NCBI RefSeq assembly: GCF_003918875.1
Contig: NW_025765978.1
Location: 1 to 64,000 of the forward strand
Length of the DNA: 64,000 bases
Direction of reading: 5' to 3'
DNA from: Haliotis rubra
Taxonomy: Eukaryota
The notes below the pieces were generated by a model that saw only the letters and a program-made list of their open reading frames with translations, had not been told where the DNA came from and ran no database searches. Positions 63,386 through 64,000 of the stretch are shown here, piece by piece. Position numbers and translations under genes: made by a program. Within the stretch, counting starts at the first letter, position 1. Every line of letters starts with the position of its first letter.

Positions 63386-64000
63386 ATGAACAGACCGACA
63401 GAAGCTGAACGACACAACCCCATCGGCCGTTTACAAGGACGGACATCGTAGCATGATGTGACAAGGCACTTCAGCGTGTCCAGACAGACCATCTCAACCC
63501 TATGGACCCGATACAAAATACTTGGTGTGTTAATGACAGACCCAGGTCAGGTCGACCTGGAGTTACCACCGCCGCTCCAGGATCGCTACATCCGGTTAAA
63601 AACATTTCGTTCAAACACCACGGCCGCATCATCCACAACAATCCAAATCCCTGGACTGCGCCGAATCTCCGACCAAATAGTGCGCAACGGTGGTTATGGG
63701 AGCCATACTTTTTGCCCGAAGACCAGTTCAACGTCAACGGTTGATCTTTGAAGCATGACAATGCTCGACCTCAATTGCACGTGTTTCACAGGTTTTTCCT
63801 CCAGCAATGTTCAGTTGTTGGCTTTCTCGATCACCGGATTTGTCCCCATTGAACATTTATGAGATACTCTTGACCGACGCTTGCGCCAGTAACCCGCCAC
63901 CTCCCTCCAGACACTACAGAACTGCACACAACACTTCAAAAACAATCCTCAAGACGGCATTCGGCATCCCTTTCTTCTATGGGTCACCGCTGCCAAGCTG
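63386..64000 (+). mobile_element. Degenerate, internally deleted Tc1-like transposase
   Basis: IGRLQ..VTRHFSVSRQTISTLWTRY, DRPRSGRPGVTT, QDRYIRL, HDNARP, RSPDLSPIEHL. Confidence 0.88.

Noticed and set aside
1-64000. Tc1 copies at both window ends as the boundaries of one composite element
   Set aside because: Same orientation, independently decayed, and no evidence of joint TIRs or TSD.

Overview
AT-rich, repeat-dense animal genomic DNA; not prokaryotic, and no CRISPR array or rRNA. The repeat repertoire suggests a mollusc such as an abalone (inference). Most of the window is transposon debris: tRNA-derived SINE families A and C (plus one head of a family D), a short retroposon family B with no intact tRNA head, LINE fragments (L2/CR1-like, RTE-like, L1/Tx1-like), a DIRS-like element, Tc1, pogo, MULE and THAP remnants, two Helentron/DINE-like elements carrying ~171-174 bp satellite arrays, and several minisatellites. 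Two host genes can be reconstructed. One is a minus-strand SEA-EGF-transmembrane (membrane mucin-like) gene at ~56.4-63.0 kb whose 5' end lies beyond the window. The other is a plus-strand C2H2/acidic exon with a 19-aa tandem repeat at ~31.6-34.7 kb. Both carry single-base indels typical of an unpolished long-read assembly. Best leads: (1) the family B head has a fixed 5' end and a conserved pseudoknot-like fold (candidate self-cleaving ribozyme); (2) a SINE-array-SINE-tail chimera places inverted copies of an intronic minisatellite around a frame-symmetric SEA/EGF/TM exon block; (3) a Penelope-type palindrome contains a hammerhead core. All calls were made by eye; coordinates are approximate unless defined by splice sites or TSDs.
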